Origin: Raillietiella orientalis
Taxonomy: Eukaryota
Direction of reading: 5' to 3'
Assembly (NCBI GenBank): GCA_036172245.1
Contig: JAYWIR010000002.1
Coordinates: forward strand, 744,001 to 808,000
DNA length: 64,000 nucleotides
Shown: positions 38,250-52,900 of the stretch, piece after piece
Numbering within the stretch: position 1 is the first letter of the stretch
How the letters are laid out: each line of letters opens with the position of its first letter
Translations under genes and position numbers: made by a program
The notes under the pieces: model-generated
The model's database searches: none
What the model was told of the DNA's origin: nothing
What the model saw: only the letters and a program-made list of their open reading frames with translations

Positions 38250-41200
38250 TTTCCACTGGGGGACGGGCAATTAAATGAGTCCGCAAGAGTCGCGTTCCCC
38301 CCCCCCTTCCCTTCCACTCCTCCGGGGAGCTGTGATGCAGGCACAGCTGCATTCATCCACGCGCTGTCTCCTGGTCACCCTGAGCAGCGCCCTCAGGGCT
38401 TTTTGGGCGGCGCGCCTTATCAAGAGGAGGTTCTCCTTCGAGTGGGTGTCTTCGATGCGGGAGACTCATCCATCATGCGCCCAAGAGGGAGAGAAAGACA
38501 GGGGTGCCAATTTCAGTCCACCCCTGCTTCTTCCTCGCCGCTGACCGGGATGACTATGGGGCTCTTACAGCTTCCTCTTGCTCCTCGGGCAAGCACTCCT
38601 TTTCCTCCAGGGAGCGACTCGCGCCTTTGTCTGCTCTTTCAGGCCTCCCCCCCTTCCTCCCCCATTGTGCCACTACAGAACCCTTACTGTCGCTAGGAAC
38701 CGTCGGAGCGGCGTGCGCGCGCGCCCCGTCTGAGAGAGGCTGAGAGGAGAGGAGGGCGGTCACGCGACAGGGCACGCCCGTAGAAGCGGAACTCTCCCCT
38801 TGGAACCTCCCCCGTGCTGCTGCTTGCGAGGCGGCTGCTCCCTTCCTCTTTGTTCCTCTGCGAGTCTGCCTTTCCAGGAAAGGTCCAGGCTGATGTCAGT
38901 TGTGACAGATTTGACATCTCGGACATTTATCTTAATAACGCTGCGTTTTGGAAGGCGAAGACAGTTCCCGGAGCTCGGACTGATGAGGTCGCCCCTCTGG
39001 CGGAACGATGCCTGCCTTGCCTCGTTTTGGTAGCGACGGACGACTGCAGCTTCCCCGCCCGCGTGTCACCGCTGCCGCCGCGACGAGGCCGTTCATTCGT
39101 CTCCAGCGGGCAGCATCTAATTGTTGACTTCCAAGCGCTGTCAGGCGGAGGATGAATTATCCTCAATGGTGCAATGTCAGCTTCTTCGGAGCTTCATTTA
39201 ATTAAGAGGAGTCTTCCTGCCTCACTGTTTATCTGCGGCGATCTCTGCCTTTAATTGACTCCCGTTTCTTTCTCCCTGCATCTCTGTTCCTCCGAGGCTG
39301 CGGAGCTTCCCCCATTGTGTTCGGTCGTCAACAGGAGACAGTTCCGACGTTCCCCCGATAACTCTTTGAACCCCGGAGTCTTCTTTCCCTTCCCGATCCC
39401 GCGGCTGCTCCCCGAGAGGTTCGCACGCACCTCGAGGGAGGGGACTTCCAAAAGCAGCGGAGCGAAAAGTGAAAGGGGCCCCTCGTCCGATGGCCGAAGA
39501 GGGAACGCGAGGACGGCGGGCTCTGCAAGAGGGAGCGTGAGGAGGAGGCAGTCCGTCGTCCCTCTCTACGCCGACGCCGACGAGGCAGCAGGGCACCTGA
39601 TGGATTTCGATCTAATGACGAGCACATCTTTGCCCCCAACCACCCCACTCTACGAGGACAGGGCCTACCATGAAGGGCTGAAGGAGCGCAGTCTGCAGAT
39701 CACGGTACTGCTGTATCTCGTCAGCAAACCGGGAATGATTCGAGACCGCATCACCCCCTCCTTCTGCGAGAAAACCACCACATTGTATAGGGGAGGGGCG
39801 AAGCAGGGTCAAGTGTTCCCAGGAGGAAAAGACTCTTGACGAATTTCGCGAAGGGATTGCTCAGCAGCAGCGGGAGTTTAGTAGTCGAGTCGATCCCCAG
39901 GAACCAGAGCGAGACTGAAGGGTGACCAACTGCGATTCTCACCTTGCAAGGAGGGTATAAAAACTTCCAGAGAGGGGCAAAGACTATTATTATCTTTGCC
40001 TATTGAGGCGTTTCCGGAACCAGAAGGCTCTCCTTCCGCAACCAGAACCGTTGCAGGAATCCTCCTTCGGAAAACGAGCTCCCGTCCTGGTACCGGATGG
40101 CCAGAGTCGCCAGGAACCACATGAAATGCAACCCTTCCCCAGACGGCTACTACGCTTCTCAAGCTCCGGGGTTCCAACAGCATCTCGCCTGGAAAGAGAA
40201 GGAGGAGAGGATTGTCCAAATCTCCAGGAAAGGTTGCCAGGGGGGCACCAGTTCCCCACAGCTTTTCTCGAGCTACTGCCGTCGCCGTAGACCCAGCATC
40301 TCGGAGCGGATGAACAAAGTCCTCGTTGGAATAGAATAAAGTGGGTCCTTCCTACTTGGTGATGGTCTTTCTACAACTCCCAGAGCGATGAGCAAGACAA
40401 GGAGCTATCCCCGCCGAAAATCCTGGAGACAGAAGGTGAGGGAGGAATCAGAGAGCAGGAGTTCCGTTTCATTGTCCCTTGCGCACCTGGCCGATCTGCA
40501 TCTAAAATGCAAGGGTCTTTTTCCGCGAGATTCCTCACGCAGGATGACGCCTCCGAAAATTGCTCTTGGAAGCGCAGAATCTCGAGGTCTGCTGTGGGCC
40601 GCTTCCCCGCTCGCTCTCTGCAGGTGAGGACCGCAGCTTCAGAATCCACCTCACCAGATACTTAAATGAAAACGAACATCCGGGAGGTTCGGGGATCACT
40701 CGGATCTCGGAGGCATCCTGGACGAGGAGGGCATCGATAAGAAAGGCTTGGTTCCGCAAGGGACTATCCGGTTGCCTTTGATGTCCGGAAGTCCAGACGA
40801 AGATCAGAAGGAGGGCGTGCAGCAGCCCGAAGCGCTATCGGCCTCCGTCTTCTGCCTTCGGAAGAGCAGAAGAGTCTGCGGATCGGGACATCCTGGACAG
40901 AGGGGTGAGTGAGAGCTGTTGGTGGCTTCGTGAAGAGCCATGACGCAAGGGGATGGAGGGCTTTGAAAGGAGAAAGAGGGACCCCTTTTCTCATCCAGGG
41001 ATTATTGCACATAATCTCCTGCCTCTTGGAGTTCTGGCTCGGGTGCGTGTCGTCATGGCAGAACGCCATCCGGAAGCCTGGATGGGATAGGAGGATGGAT
41101 GCAAGAGTGTCTACCTCCCACCCCATTCTTCTTCCCGTGGGTCGCTTTCTTTTCGCACCACGCGGTCTCGGTACGTTGGAGTTGCTGCTGCCGAGGGCGT

Positions 41201-44200
41201 TTCGGGGCGCCACCGAGACGCGCCCCTCCCACTCCTCTTCACGAGACCTCTTCCGAAGCTCGGAAATTCCCCGACAAGCTCATAGTGACCGGGTCAAAGT
41301 CCCGGCTTCTCCGCCGCCTTCGCTCTAGCCTCGTGGTCATCCAGTCTGGCTGGGAAGGAGCCTGGGAGAAACAACATCCGAAGGGGAATCTCGGAGTGCT
41401 CCCTCGATCGGCATCCACCGCGTCGGCGCGGGTCTCAGGGAGAGGGAGCCGCGCGAATAAGTGCTCTTACGCACGTGCCCTCTTGAGAGCCGAGGGTCTC
41501 TTCGGACTTCCACGAGGCAAGTTCCTTGCTTTCCTCCCCATCTCCTGCTGGGAAACGAGCTGGGCCTTCTCTACTCGTCGTTCTTGGAGAGATGTCTTCC
41601 TGTTCGGCGTCCGGACAGGAAGCCGTCCTTACGGAAGGAGGGGGGGGGGGGGAGGGTTACCGCGCTGCGGCATCGCACGAGTGCCGCTCGTCCCATCCCT
41701 GGGAGGACGACCTCCAGCTCGAACCTCCGGAGGTTTCTCTCTCGGATGAGACGGATGCCCTTCTTCCTGGAAGGCGATGGGAGGTAAGGCTCCCGAAACG
41801 AGGAAATGCTGGGGGCAATGGATGGGGCTCTCCAGCGGGAGCGCAAGCATCCTTGCCTGCACCGTTTACCGAACGAGACACCCCTCCTTCCCCCCCCTCC
41901 CCCGATCGCACTAAATTTGGAATGCAGGAAGTTTTCCCTTTCCTCTCCCCCACCCCTCCTTCCCTCCCTCCCTCAATCATTCGTTCGGATGGCGCGACTT
42001 CCGGTGCGGGAATTCCTGAGCTTCCGAAGAGACCTCGTGAGGAGGAGGGGGAGGGGCGTCTCGATGGCGCTCCGAAACGCCGTCGGCAGGAGCTCCGACG
42101 GGACCGAGACCGCATAGTGCGAAAGAGAAAGGGGGGAGAAGAGGAGTAGGGAGAGGAGAAATTCCAGGACTCTTCCATCAACCTTTCTGCCGGTGTCCGG
42201 GGGACGCTTCGGGAGGCGGAGGGACCCCCGACAAGAAGGGGAGGAAGAAAAGAGAGGGAGGATGGCCGATGGCAGACAGCGGCGACGGTCTCCTATCCTC
42301 TCCCGGGCGGGCGGATGGGGGGCATTTTCCTGCAAGAGACGAGAAAGGAAGATGGGGAGTTTTCAACTTGCAATACTCGTGCCTCAGTCGCCTTCCTCCG
42401 CTACGATATTGCCCGTGCACAAGGAGGGGGAGAGGGAGGGGGGAAACTCCGTTGTCCCGAGCCATCCATCAGCATTAACGCTGTCGCCATGCGCGACCGG
42501 GTTCGGATCCGCCGTGCCGGCTGATCCGGTAGGGCCATCTCCCTAAAAGACCCGCGGTTTGAGTTATGGGAGGGAGGATCCGACTTTCCTCCCCACCCTT
42601 CCCGGATGGGCGAGGAAGGGGCGAGTGCTCCCCATTTTCGAGGGAGCGCGGAACCAGATCGAGCGATTCTCGTGCTCGCCCGGCGGGCGCTCGCGGAGCT
42701 GTAAGCCCTGAGGAACCACTGGTCCCGCGTACGTGGGTTGCGCGCAAGTGGAGAGTAGGGGCTGCATGTCTCTCACTCCCCCCCTCCATCCCCCAAATAG
42801 CGCCTTTTTGAGCACATTCTCGTTCGCCATTGGATCCATGGGTCCTCAGGACTCCTCGGTGGCTGGTGAAACCGGCAAGGGAAGACATGGCAGCTCCCTG
42901 TAGACGTCCTCCTTCGGGTTTCGATCGTTCCAGGCGGTTAACCGCGACCAATCCTCTGCAGACCACCCTGCAGGCGACTCATCCTTGGTCACGACTCCAG
43001 GCGGCCGCAAAGGGAGCGATCCTTACCCCGCAAGCCTTTCCTTCTTCTATCGCAGAAACAAGGCACGTCCCGCTCCCAGGATCGAGGGTGTTGTCTTTTG
43101 GAAAAGAGGATGGAATGGTAGGGATACTTCCACCCCATCAGGGAGAAGAGAGCCGATAGCGTTGGAACTTCCGATGCGCGTTCCAGGGAAATCAGACCCT
43201 CCGTTTTCAGGTTCCGGGATGCTCCCTACGGAGCCTTTGAGAGTGGAGAGGCCCGGTGCCATCCATTCTACTGGGGGGAAGTCCTGTGGTTGTTGGTCTC
43301 GGGGGATTTACTGATCTCAGGAATGTGCAGGTGGCGGATCTCAACACTCCCTTTCGTCGGAGGTGCCACTTCATTCTTCTCGGGATGCTTGCACTCCTGT
43401 CGCGTTCCCGGGAACGAGAGCAGTCTCCTCCTCCCGACGGCGCGAACTGCGCTTTCAGCATTCTTGCAGGTGTCCTTGGCTACTAGTTCCTCCTTTCGGT
43501 CGTTTTCTTCTGTTCCATAAACCCCCAGCGGTTCCCTGATTGCGCAGGGACCCGCTACCAGGCAGCTCTCCTCTTTCCAGCCCATTCCCTTCGAGGAGGT
43601 CGAGAGTTCCCAAGTCGAGGCAGAATGAATGGTCCTCTCCCTGAGACATTTCTTTCTGAGGATGTCTCCTTCCTCCTCCGACGCACCACAGAGAAGTGCA
43701 CGTCGCAAGAGAACGTGGTTGCTCCGAAGAAGGTGTGACGCTTCCGGGAGGTCTTTTGCTCTCCCCTTCCCCTTTCCCCCTTACGCTCACTCCTGCAAAA
43801 GGGAGAACGGACGAGTGGCCCTTGGAAAGAGATATTGCGGGCGAGGGACCAAGCAGCGTGTCAGATGGGAAGTATGACGACCTATCCCTAAGGACCAGAC
43901 TAGAGTAGGAGCACTACCAGATAGCCAAGAGCCTCTCAGGAAGAAGAAGGGAAGAAAAAAGGATAGAGGGAAGATGAGAAAAAGATTAGAAGGAAGAGGG
44001 GTGTCTTCATTCTAAAAGGGTGGCATCGTGGCGGCTTTCTTCCCCTGCAGGAGGCGAGTCCCTGGATTTTCTTCTTTTCCGTCTTGTTTCTCCGGGAAAG
44101 TCTGCTCGATCTTGACCTGGAGGTGGCTGAGAGGAAATGCATCCAGTCTTTCCGGGAAAAGGGAGTGGTGCGAAGAAGCAGAAGGTTAGACAGGTTGGTT

Positions 44201-47200
44201 TTAGTTTTCAACTAGCAATAATCGCGCCTCCCTGAAGATCAGAGGCTGCGATACTGCCCGTGAGCAAGGTTTAGACAGGTTGGTGGAGCGGACGAGGAGG
44301 CGAAATTCCTCTCCATCCGGGACCGCGGGCCCATTCTGCCGCCTAGAGACACAGGTCGCGAGCCCCCGAGTGCAAGGGGCGTGCGAAACGCGGGGTTTCC
44401 CGAGACTCTGCGGCCCTCTGCGGAGAGCCTTCGGGAACATGGAGACATTTCTCCCGCAGATGTTCCCCTTGGGAGTCTTTCCACCGCCGCCACTCGGGTG
44501 CCTACCGATGGTGGATGGCCGCGCGGGAGTCCTTTAAAGAAGCGCTCCTAGGGATGCACATCCCCGTACACGTGTTTCCGTGAAAGACGCCTCCCAATTC
44601 GAGCGAGCGTGGGAAGTGACCGAACCACGCCTCCGGGTCGAGATCCTCCTGCAGCCTCGATGGGTGGTACAGACCCGCCCTCTCCTTCCTCTCGGCCGGC
44701 GTGTTCTGGGACAGCTCTGAAGCTGCAGGATCACTGCTGGCGTCGTCGTCAGACGGTTATTCTGAGAGGGGGAGGCTCGAACCCGAAGCCTTCCCGGACT
44801 TCTATCCCATTCCCTCCAGCCTCTGTCCTTCGAGGGAAGGAGCGGCAAATCATCCCCGAATCCGACTCCCTGCCGATTCACCCTTCGGACGGCTCCTCTG
44901 CTCTGCCCCGTCTTCGGTACGACCTGATTCTCGTCTTCGTCTCGTTGAGATGCGCCGAGATCTCCCTCCTGGGTCCCGGACTTTGGGTTTCGACTCCGAG
45001 GGCTCCGTGCGTTGAGAAATGACTCCAAGATTAATAGATGGCGCGCTCCAGAGAGCCCGCAACCCGGAAAGCGAGCCGCGCCCTCGAGAGTTTCCCGTTC
45101 GAGATCATTAGGGAAACGAAGGGAGGGAGCGGAAGTGCTCAGATTGGCGGCTCCCTCCAGCAGACAGAAGGCGTATGAGTATAGGTGGCTGAGGATGGGA
45201 GGGTGAGGAGGAGGGGAGGAAGAAGATGGGAGTATGAGGAGGATGGGAGAAGGAGGGAGAGAATGATTATGAGGAAGAAAATCATCGGAACCACTGACAG
45301 GCGTAGAGGTGCCGTCGCCACTTTTCTCCCTAGCCCGGATCACATGTGAAGGAAAGGCGAAGGTGCACTTGAGATTCGAAATGGAACGCAGCGCGAGAGA
45401 AAAGGTGATACCAGCGGGGGATCATCACTCTGGTCATTTCTGACCGAGACAAAACCACGCAGCAGCGTCCTCAGAAATTCAGCTACCCCCACGCAAGGTA
45501 ACGGAGTCGTCCTTTCACTTCTGAAGACGGCGGCGAGGTTCCCCTTCCCCACTTTTTCCCCTCCTTCCCGCTCCCCCTCGGCTCCACTTCAAAGATGGAT
45601 GGAGAGTCCGGGACCCTTCTAGGTGCCCCTTCGGCGCGCGCGACATCCAGCTATAAGATCACAAGCTTCGCTAGCAATGGGCGGCCTAGGCCGGAGAGAT
45701 GCTTCCTGAGAGGCACAGAAAAGAGCGTCCACCTGCTCCAAGGCGATCGAGGCAAACAAGTCCTAATGGGCGTAGGCACAACCTACACGAGGAAGAGCGA
45801 CTCCAACCGAAGGAGAAAGAGGGATATAAGGATTTCTGGTCGGACGAAACGACGGCGGGCCACCGGTGAGAAGAAAAGAAACGGCCGCCGGCAGCCGGTG
45901 GAAGGGTCCCTCCTTGGAATTCCCTTTCGCGACGAAGGTGGCAACCAAAGCTGCGGTGTCCAACGGGATGAAAACGTCCATCTTTGGTTCTTGCTGGGAG
46001 AGAAGGCTTTACTCTGCTGTACTCGAATTGAAGAGACGCGGTCTGGTCGTATACAGGGTTCTTAGAAAGCAGAGGATCACAGGACCACTACCGGTCTACC
46101 TGTGATGATACTTGTGGAGGCAGAGGGGCCCCTCCATGTCTGGCGATGCCCAGCAGCAGCGGATCTTCGACGCGCACCTTTCCACTGGTCTCCGTAAAAA
46201 GAGTCGCCCGTGTCTTCCAATCGAAAACCGCTCTGGAACCAGGGACTCTATAATAGTAGTATTGGTGGCAGCAGTAAGAAAAGTGGAGGCAAGAGGAAGA
46301 GAAAAGAGGAGGAATGCGGAAGATTCCTTCCAGTAAATTGGCTCTTAGTTTTGCTTCTTCCTGCAGGACCGAGACTTCAGTGAGTTCAAGAAACTTTTCG
46401 TCCTTTACAACGGGAGGAATGATAATGATGGCAATTCTCTTTCGAGCACGTTTGCTGCCTCACGGGGGGTTTGCAAGATTTCTTCCTTTATTCATTTCCA
46501 AGACGTGCGTTTTTGGGTACAAGGACTGAGAGCACGCGGGGGGAATTGGAGTTTAAAGCCCCGAGAAGAGCAGATTTTGCTCCTCACAGGTTGTCTGGAA
46601 ACGCAAGTCTCCTGAGATTTCTCTTTGAAAGTATCTCCTTTCTAGTTCCATCCCGACCCTGCAACAAGCTGCGCATTCTGGAATCGAAAGCACTCTCCTC
46701 CTAGATGCTTAACGGTGGGGTCGAATCCAGTCACTTAGGGCTGGCTGCACAGGCACCACCACACGCTTCTTCCTACTTACCGGAAGTTGCGTTCCGTTTT
46801 GTCCACCCCTCTCTCGGAAGTGGCTGGATTGGGATGGCACTGGAGATCCGGCAGCTTCCTTCTCTCACTTTGGAGACTCCAAGTCAGCGCCTAGCCGTGG
46901 AGTGTCAGAAGTTCCCAGAATGGCAGTCGCTATCACCACACCCGACCCGCACTGCTCAGCAACAATCCAGAATTCCTTTCTCTCGCCTCAGCATCCGCTG
47001 TCATTTTCCTTGCTAGCAGAAAACCGACATGTCGCATGTCCTCTCAGTTACCCCTTGCCCTCTGTCGACTTCCCGATTCTCTCTGCCGGAGCGATGCGTC
47101 CGAGTGAAAACAGTACCGACGAGGGAAGCTATTGCAGTTTTCAAGACCAATGCATCTCCTGTGCGATGATGAAGATGGAAATTCCGGAAGGTGCTGTCTG

Positions 47201-47250
47201 TCGGTTCTTCCTTTGGTATTTTTTTTTTGTCATCTTCGCCTATTCTGTCA
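38250..47250 (-). mobile_element. L1/Tx1-like element 2, near full-length and decayed
   Basis: ORF1-like 'IFRIPP...KVRVE...LQFEYSRV' (~46000-46350), APE 'LGVYGTEENDRKEEL' and 'GGGDCSRSRERDRS' (43200-43550), RT 'RWMPI' (~41410) and 'MRKGVPLSPFKALHPL' (~40980), then post-RT 'WGRVAFHVV' and 'LGIDSTTK...AKFVKSLF'. Confidence 0.7.
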
Positions 47251-47299
47251 TCGCTGTGCCATTTTTCTTATCTTCCCGCGCCAATGTTTGATCACGTAG

Positions 47300-49950
47300 G
47301 AGGAGCTTACCAGATGAACCGCTTCTCCTTGGAGGAGGCTGCGTGTTAGTAAAGGTTGTGGAAAAAAATGACGTTTTAAAGATGCCGATCTTTCAGGAGC
47401 CGAGAGCCGAGAGCACACTTTAATTCCAGGATAATTAGAGGAGGAACTCTTCCCCTAACTTCCCAGGATCACCTTGGCGACGAGTGGGTTGCGGCGCAAG
47501 GTTTCAGATCTCCGGGAAGAACGAAGCAACAGAAAGCGGGGAACCCGCACATGGTTGCGTGAGAGGTAGGAAAGCCTACCCAGGTTTCTTCGTCTTTTCT
47601 CTACAATCTTATTCCTAGAGATGGAGTTCGAGGGCGGTCCACATCTGCTGCATCCGTCTGAGGCAAGTCGAGTTTTCTGTAGCTTTCTGGCTCTCTCCGA
47701 TCGTACGTCCTTCAGCGTCGCGTCTGGAAAACAACCGAACTACAAGGCTGAGCAATGATGACTATGTTAACCGTCTTGATTTCGCCAGATATCTCCTCGA
47801 AGAAACCGGAAGGGAACTGGAAAAAAGGAGGCAGGGGGAGGGAGGGATGGGGTGGAACAAAAGCATGCAATTTTCAAAGTGGAAGTTCCGTCGCTAGGAG
47901 AGGGTGATCCTCTCAGAGGCATCTTACCGTCCGGAATCTCGCTCCCCCCCGGCTCCGGGGAATCGGGACAGGCTAGGGTGGGCGGGGTGCGAGAACAGGC
48001 GTCTGGCCCGTCGTCATTAGCGAACTGGGGCGCACACCGCGTCAGATCGAATCTCCTTCGAGATGAAGATCTCCGGACCTCTTAGCGGCTGACGGTATCT
48101 CCCTCTCCATCTCTCCCCGCAGTCTGGAGTGCTCGCAGAGCTATTCTTCGACCGAGACGGCGGCTTGAAGATCACCTTTTCCTCTTCCAATACGCAGGGA
48201 AACCAACCAACATGCGTCAGAGAGGAAAAGAACAAAAAAGGAAAGGAGGGAAGAAAAATCTCCCTCTTTTCTTCTCTTCCCCCCTCATCCTACCAGCAAA
48301 TGGGTTCAATGACCTCCAGAAAGCATCCAAAGAACTCGATCATTTGCACTATCTTAGAAGAATCTGCCGCCGAGGATGCTCAGACTTTCCACAGCCGCAC
48401 TTGGATGCTCGCGTCCCAGGAGATGATTTCCAGGGTCTTCTATTGGCAGACCCTGGAAATCATCCAGGGTCTAGCGGCATCTAGCCGCTAGAGGCTGTAT
48501 GATCGCCCTGTAAGCTCCTCTTCTGCGTACCTTTCGAGCAAGGACCACGCATTTTCTCATCCCTCCTGAGCCCGAAAGACCAAGGACGATTCTTCTCCGA
48601 GTCGGAAACCGGCGCTGCTATTCCTCTCGGGCTCTACTGAACGATCCATTCCCTGGGGGAAGGGGAAGGCAGGGGAGAGTCTTTTCAGTTTAGTTGCAGG
48701 ACTATCCAGCAACACCCTCGGGAAAACTCCAAGACAGCTCTCCTTCCTTCCCCAACTCTTCTCCTCTTCGTCAATAAGTTCCTTTCTAGACCCCGCTCCC
48801 TCCAGAGTCGCTGTTCCTTTGGAGATGCGTATCTTCGTGAGCATGGTCCTTCACCCGGGAATGGCGTTTTGGACCCTCATGACTCTGCATCTTTCCTGCT
48901 CATTAGCGTACCTAGGGAGGGGGAGGAGGAGAGAGTTCTCAAGACCTGGAGTAGCGCACTAGGGGCTGTGGACATCACCACTCCCATCGAACGAGGAGCC
49001 ACCGATCAGGGATCTCCCGGACGAATCGATCTACTCGGTCACTGCATTTCTTCGGAGGAGGGGGAGAGGGAGTGAGGGAAAGAGGAGGTCCCGAAAGTCC
49101 AAGCGAGATGTCCTCCTGATGATCCCGGAGATGTGCCAGTCGTTTTCGGGAGCAGCACCGCAGCAAGGGGAGCCGCGGCTGCATCGATGCCACTAGAAAA
49201 AAACGTTCCATTCCTTTGTCCCTCCCTTCCTTCTCCCCGCTTCTGTAGAATGCACGGGGCGAAAGTCTGTGGGGATCACGATGGTGCACCTCTTCTACCT
49301 CCTTTCTTCTAAGAGATCTCACTCCCCTGAAAGGAGAGCAACGCTTCCTCATCAAAGCGGATTGACGCGCTCCTACTGGTTCTTTTAAAGTTCTCCATGG
49401 AAACGTAGAGCTGACCGGCTTGAATCCACAGCCGCGCGATTTCCACGCTCCCTTCTCTGGGTACTTTCGATCTGGCCTGCTCCCTCATTACTGTGTTTCC
49501 ATGGTTCCCGCTGATCGAGTATCGCAGAATTCCGGTTCCTTGGCTTCCGCGGGGGAAAGTACGGGATTCTCGGAAGCGCCTCCTGCTGCCCCTCAAGGGA
49601 CAGCTCGCCCTGGAGATGTCCGCGGATGGCTTGCGGCCACGTACTCCTGCCGCCATCTTTCGAGCTTCCAGGAGCGACAAGTCCTCCAGACGGGACTCGC
49701 CCCTAAGCACGCCTGCTCCCTCCTCCTTCCCTTCTTCCTTCTGCCGTCCGTCCAGAAAGCACGGAAGTGTCTCTCCCCCGCCTCCCTGAGTCAGCACAGC
49801 AGAGAAGCGGTCGCTCGGAGGAAGCAGCTTCAAGTACTTGGAAAAGAGATCCAGATCCTTCTCAAGAGCCATGCCTTCTCCAGGAAGCCCGAGGTAGAAG
49901 CGAGGAAGGATGCAAGCCCACAGTCCTCTCCCTGGAGAGATCCCGTAGGC
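47300..49950 (-). mobile_element. L1/Tx1-like element 3 (APE to RT domain 4)
   Basis: 'GTGILRY', 'GQLYVS', 'IVIPTDF' and 'SDRVDRFV' (APE, 48980-49550), followed by 'RGPEIFISKE', 'SGFFEEISGE' and 'AGSPLSVASF' (RT domains 0, 2 and 4). Confidence 0.6.
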
Positions 49951-49999
49951 GGCGCGCGCACGGCCGCTACAGGGAAATGTGACCTCATACTGCAGTGAA

Positions 50000-52900
50000 G
50001 AAGGGAGTTGGGAAGGTCGAGCCAACGGAAGCGTCCCCTAGCTCGACTCTTCCTGTTGCCCTCCTCCCGAAGAATGAGAAGGATCTCTGCCAGAATCCGC
50101 GCGGTCCCTTCAGATCGGAGGAGAGGCGGGCCTCGAGGGACTCGGCACGGAGAGCTGGGAGAGCCTTCGTGATCTTCCTGGAGGTTGTTTTGGAAGCTCC
50201 TCCGGCGCCGCAGATCCGCAGAGGATGGTCTTTTCTTCCGTTCCAGAGTATGGAACAGGGGAAGAGGCAGTCGAGCGGCTTTGCATCTCTCTTATGGCTC
50301 CCTCTTAGGATTCTCAATGAAACAGAGACCGGCACAGAGACCTCAAAAGATCAGTGTTGGAGATGGACTGGTCACTCCATAGGCAAGGGTCTCGCCTTGC
50401 CGTGTCGGAAAAGCGCGCGCGGACTCTTCGCTACCTCCGGGCCTCTCGCAGGGGCACTCGGGAGAGCGACAGGCAAGGTAGTGATTCTTCCTGGACCTAG
50501 GAGTTCGTGGGCACCATTCAGGGAAGGGAGCACGCCGTCCTCTCTCGCAAGAGCTTGCAGTCTCGCTCATGGAAGAGGCTGCCGTGGCCTTCACGATGTG
50601 TGGAACTCCAGATCATCGGAAGTCTGTCCTCCTTCCTTCTATTCACCCCTCTTTCATCCCCGGAGGGCTCCTCACAGGTGGGGGGCTCCTCTCCTGCGGA
50701 AATGCCCTCACAGGGACTTCTGCATGCCTCAAGTCCGACGGAAAACTATGCGAGGGAAGGGGTGCGTGCGCGCCAGTTCCTGGACACGGAAAAAGGAAAG
50801 GGAGGAGCATGGGGAACGCCGGACCCCATATTTCTTCCGAGAATCGCGACAGGAGGAAGAAAGAAGGGCAAGAATGGGTAGGCTGCTCTCTCCTTGCTTG
50901 CTCGCGCGCTTCTTCCCATCGTCAGGGTGTCGGCGCTGCATTCCTTCCCACCGGATCCGGAAACAGCAACCGCCGCCCCTTCCTTTTCCTGCACTCTTTT
51001 TCTCCGAGTTGTCGGCAGAGGGAAACCGGAGACTCTTCTGGAGAACTTTCCTCGCACGTGACCACAGGGTCGCCGTGCTAATGGGACGCAAACTTTTCTC
51101 TCCATCCTGACTACGGGAGTCACCATCAGGGCACAAACTCGTGTGAGGACCGAGAAGAGGAGGTCATCTCTATCATCTCTTCCTGGAGCAGAACGATCCT
51201 GTTTAATGTATCGGTCGTTTCTTTGGAGTGCTTCTTCTTGCCCTCATCCCTTCTTGACCTCCAAGCAAAAATTTCCTGGAGTACACGGAACAGAGAAGCG
51301 TTTCGTCGTTGAACGCAAGGCAGAGTCAGTCCGATGTCTCGCTTAATTGTGTACCACATGCCGTCCAGCTTCTCTGATGAAGGGAGCGAGTTCATCTCCA
51401 CAGGGAGCAGTTGTCCTCTAGAAGAATGAAGATGAAAGAAGAAGGGAAGGAAGCAGAACTCTCATCGAGAGTGGCAAGTGCCTCTTCAGTTCGAGAACTG
51501 AGATAGGTGCCCAGAAGCTGCGATTAGATGGGGACTGCTGCTCAATGGATGAGTAAGGAGGCTGCGCTATCCTCCGAGCTGGTTGAAATTGGTCCTCTTC
51601 CACCTGGATTTCAGATTTCAGATAGTTTCGACCTAACCTTAAATTCGTCTTAGAAAGGGGAAACAGTTGGAAGATGAATTTTTTGTTCCCTTCAATTTGC
51701 CAGGAAATCGACCGAATGCGGCTGGAGTTTGTCTCAATAGGCTCTATTAAAAAAATCGCTTCATCTTCACGAAGTGACCTAAATTACAACGGGACATCGT
51801 CCCTTTAGGACGAGTGGACGAGTGGATGGGTCGATCATGCGGTTAGGGTGCTGGGGATGAGTGGTTGGGAGGACCAAAGGGCACGTCGATTCCCTGCTGT
51901 GCACCTCCCTCCAGTGGGCCATGCGTTGTTTCTAAGGGTTCCCACAGATTTCCACTCTGAAGATCTCTGCCCCTTGGGGAATTAGGATTCGTCTGGATCT
52001 CGTGCGAAGGTCACAAATGGAGTGAAGACAGACTCCTTTCGGGAGTCGTTCCTCTCTGTTCTTGTTCCTCGCAGGGCACGCTGCCCGCGGGAAATCTCTG
52101 CCCCATCCACTTTCCATAAGAGGATCTCTTAAAGAAAAAAAAAAGAAACCAGCATCGTGGCTTCCTGAGGTTTTCGGAGGTCACCAACGAAGGGCAGCTT
52201 CCACTTGTCTTCCAGAACTCCAAGAGGCACTATGTCTCAAGGAAACCTCTCCGTGACACCTCCACAACCGCAGCTGCTGACAGCCGATGATGACGCTTCT
52301 TGTGCACCGTTGAATGCTGCAAGGAGCTCCCAAGATTCTTTGCAATTAGAGTCACTTTGGATGTGGGATCTCTTCCGCTCATCGACTGATGCGTGAGTTA
52401 GGAAAGCTTCATCGGAAAGGCAGTAGCCGTTCTCCAGCCGAAGGTCTCAATCTCTTCACGGGTTTAACAATCCGGGGAACTTGCGGACCGGGATGAAATG
52501 TGCAAGAAGGGTGGGTGACGTGCATTTCTGGTTTCGTAGCTTGCTGTCTGGAGAGCGCATTTCTTTCACTCTCCCGATCCTCTTGAAAGCTTCTCGTAGA
52601 CAGTCAGCTGTCCCAAAAAATGTCATTCGTCTCATAAAGAGTCTTCTTTATCCCGCGTCTTCCAGAACGGGGAAGTATAGAATGGAAAAGGAAAAGAAAA
52701 AAAGTTAGGAGCTGCAAATCCTGTTTACTTGGGGAGCAAGTGGAGGATCTCGCTCCAGAGTCCCCACTGTGCGTTCCTTCTCGACTTGAATATTCCGATG
52801 CACAATGACGGTCGCGCGTCCCATAGCCGGTGGCGGTGCAAGTTCGGGAGCGAGTTCCCGATCTCGAGAGGTTGACCATTTTCGAGTGCATCTCCCTGGA

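Noticed and set aside
49995..51110. Longest ORF (371 aa, +) as a protein gene
   Set aside because: It has R/S/P/G-rich composition and no domain, and it lies antisense to L1 RT motifs. It is a shadow ORF.
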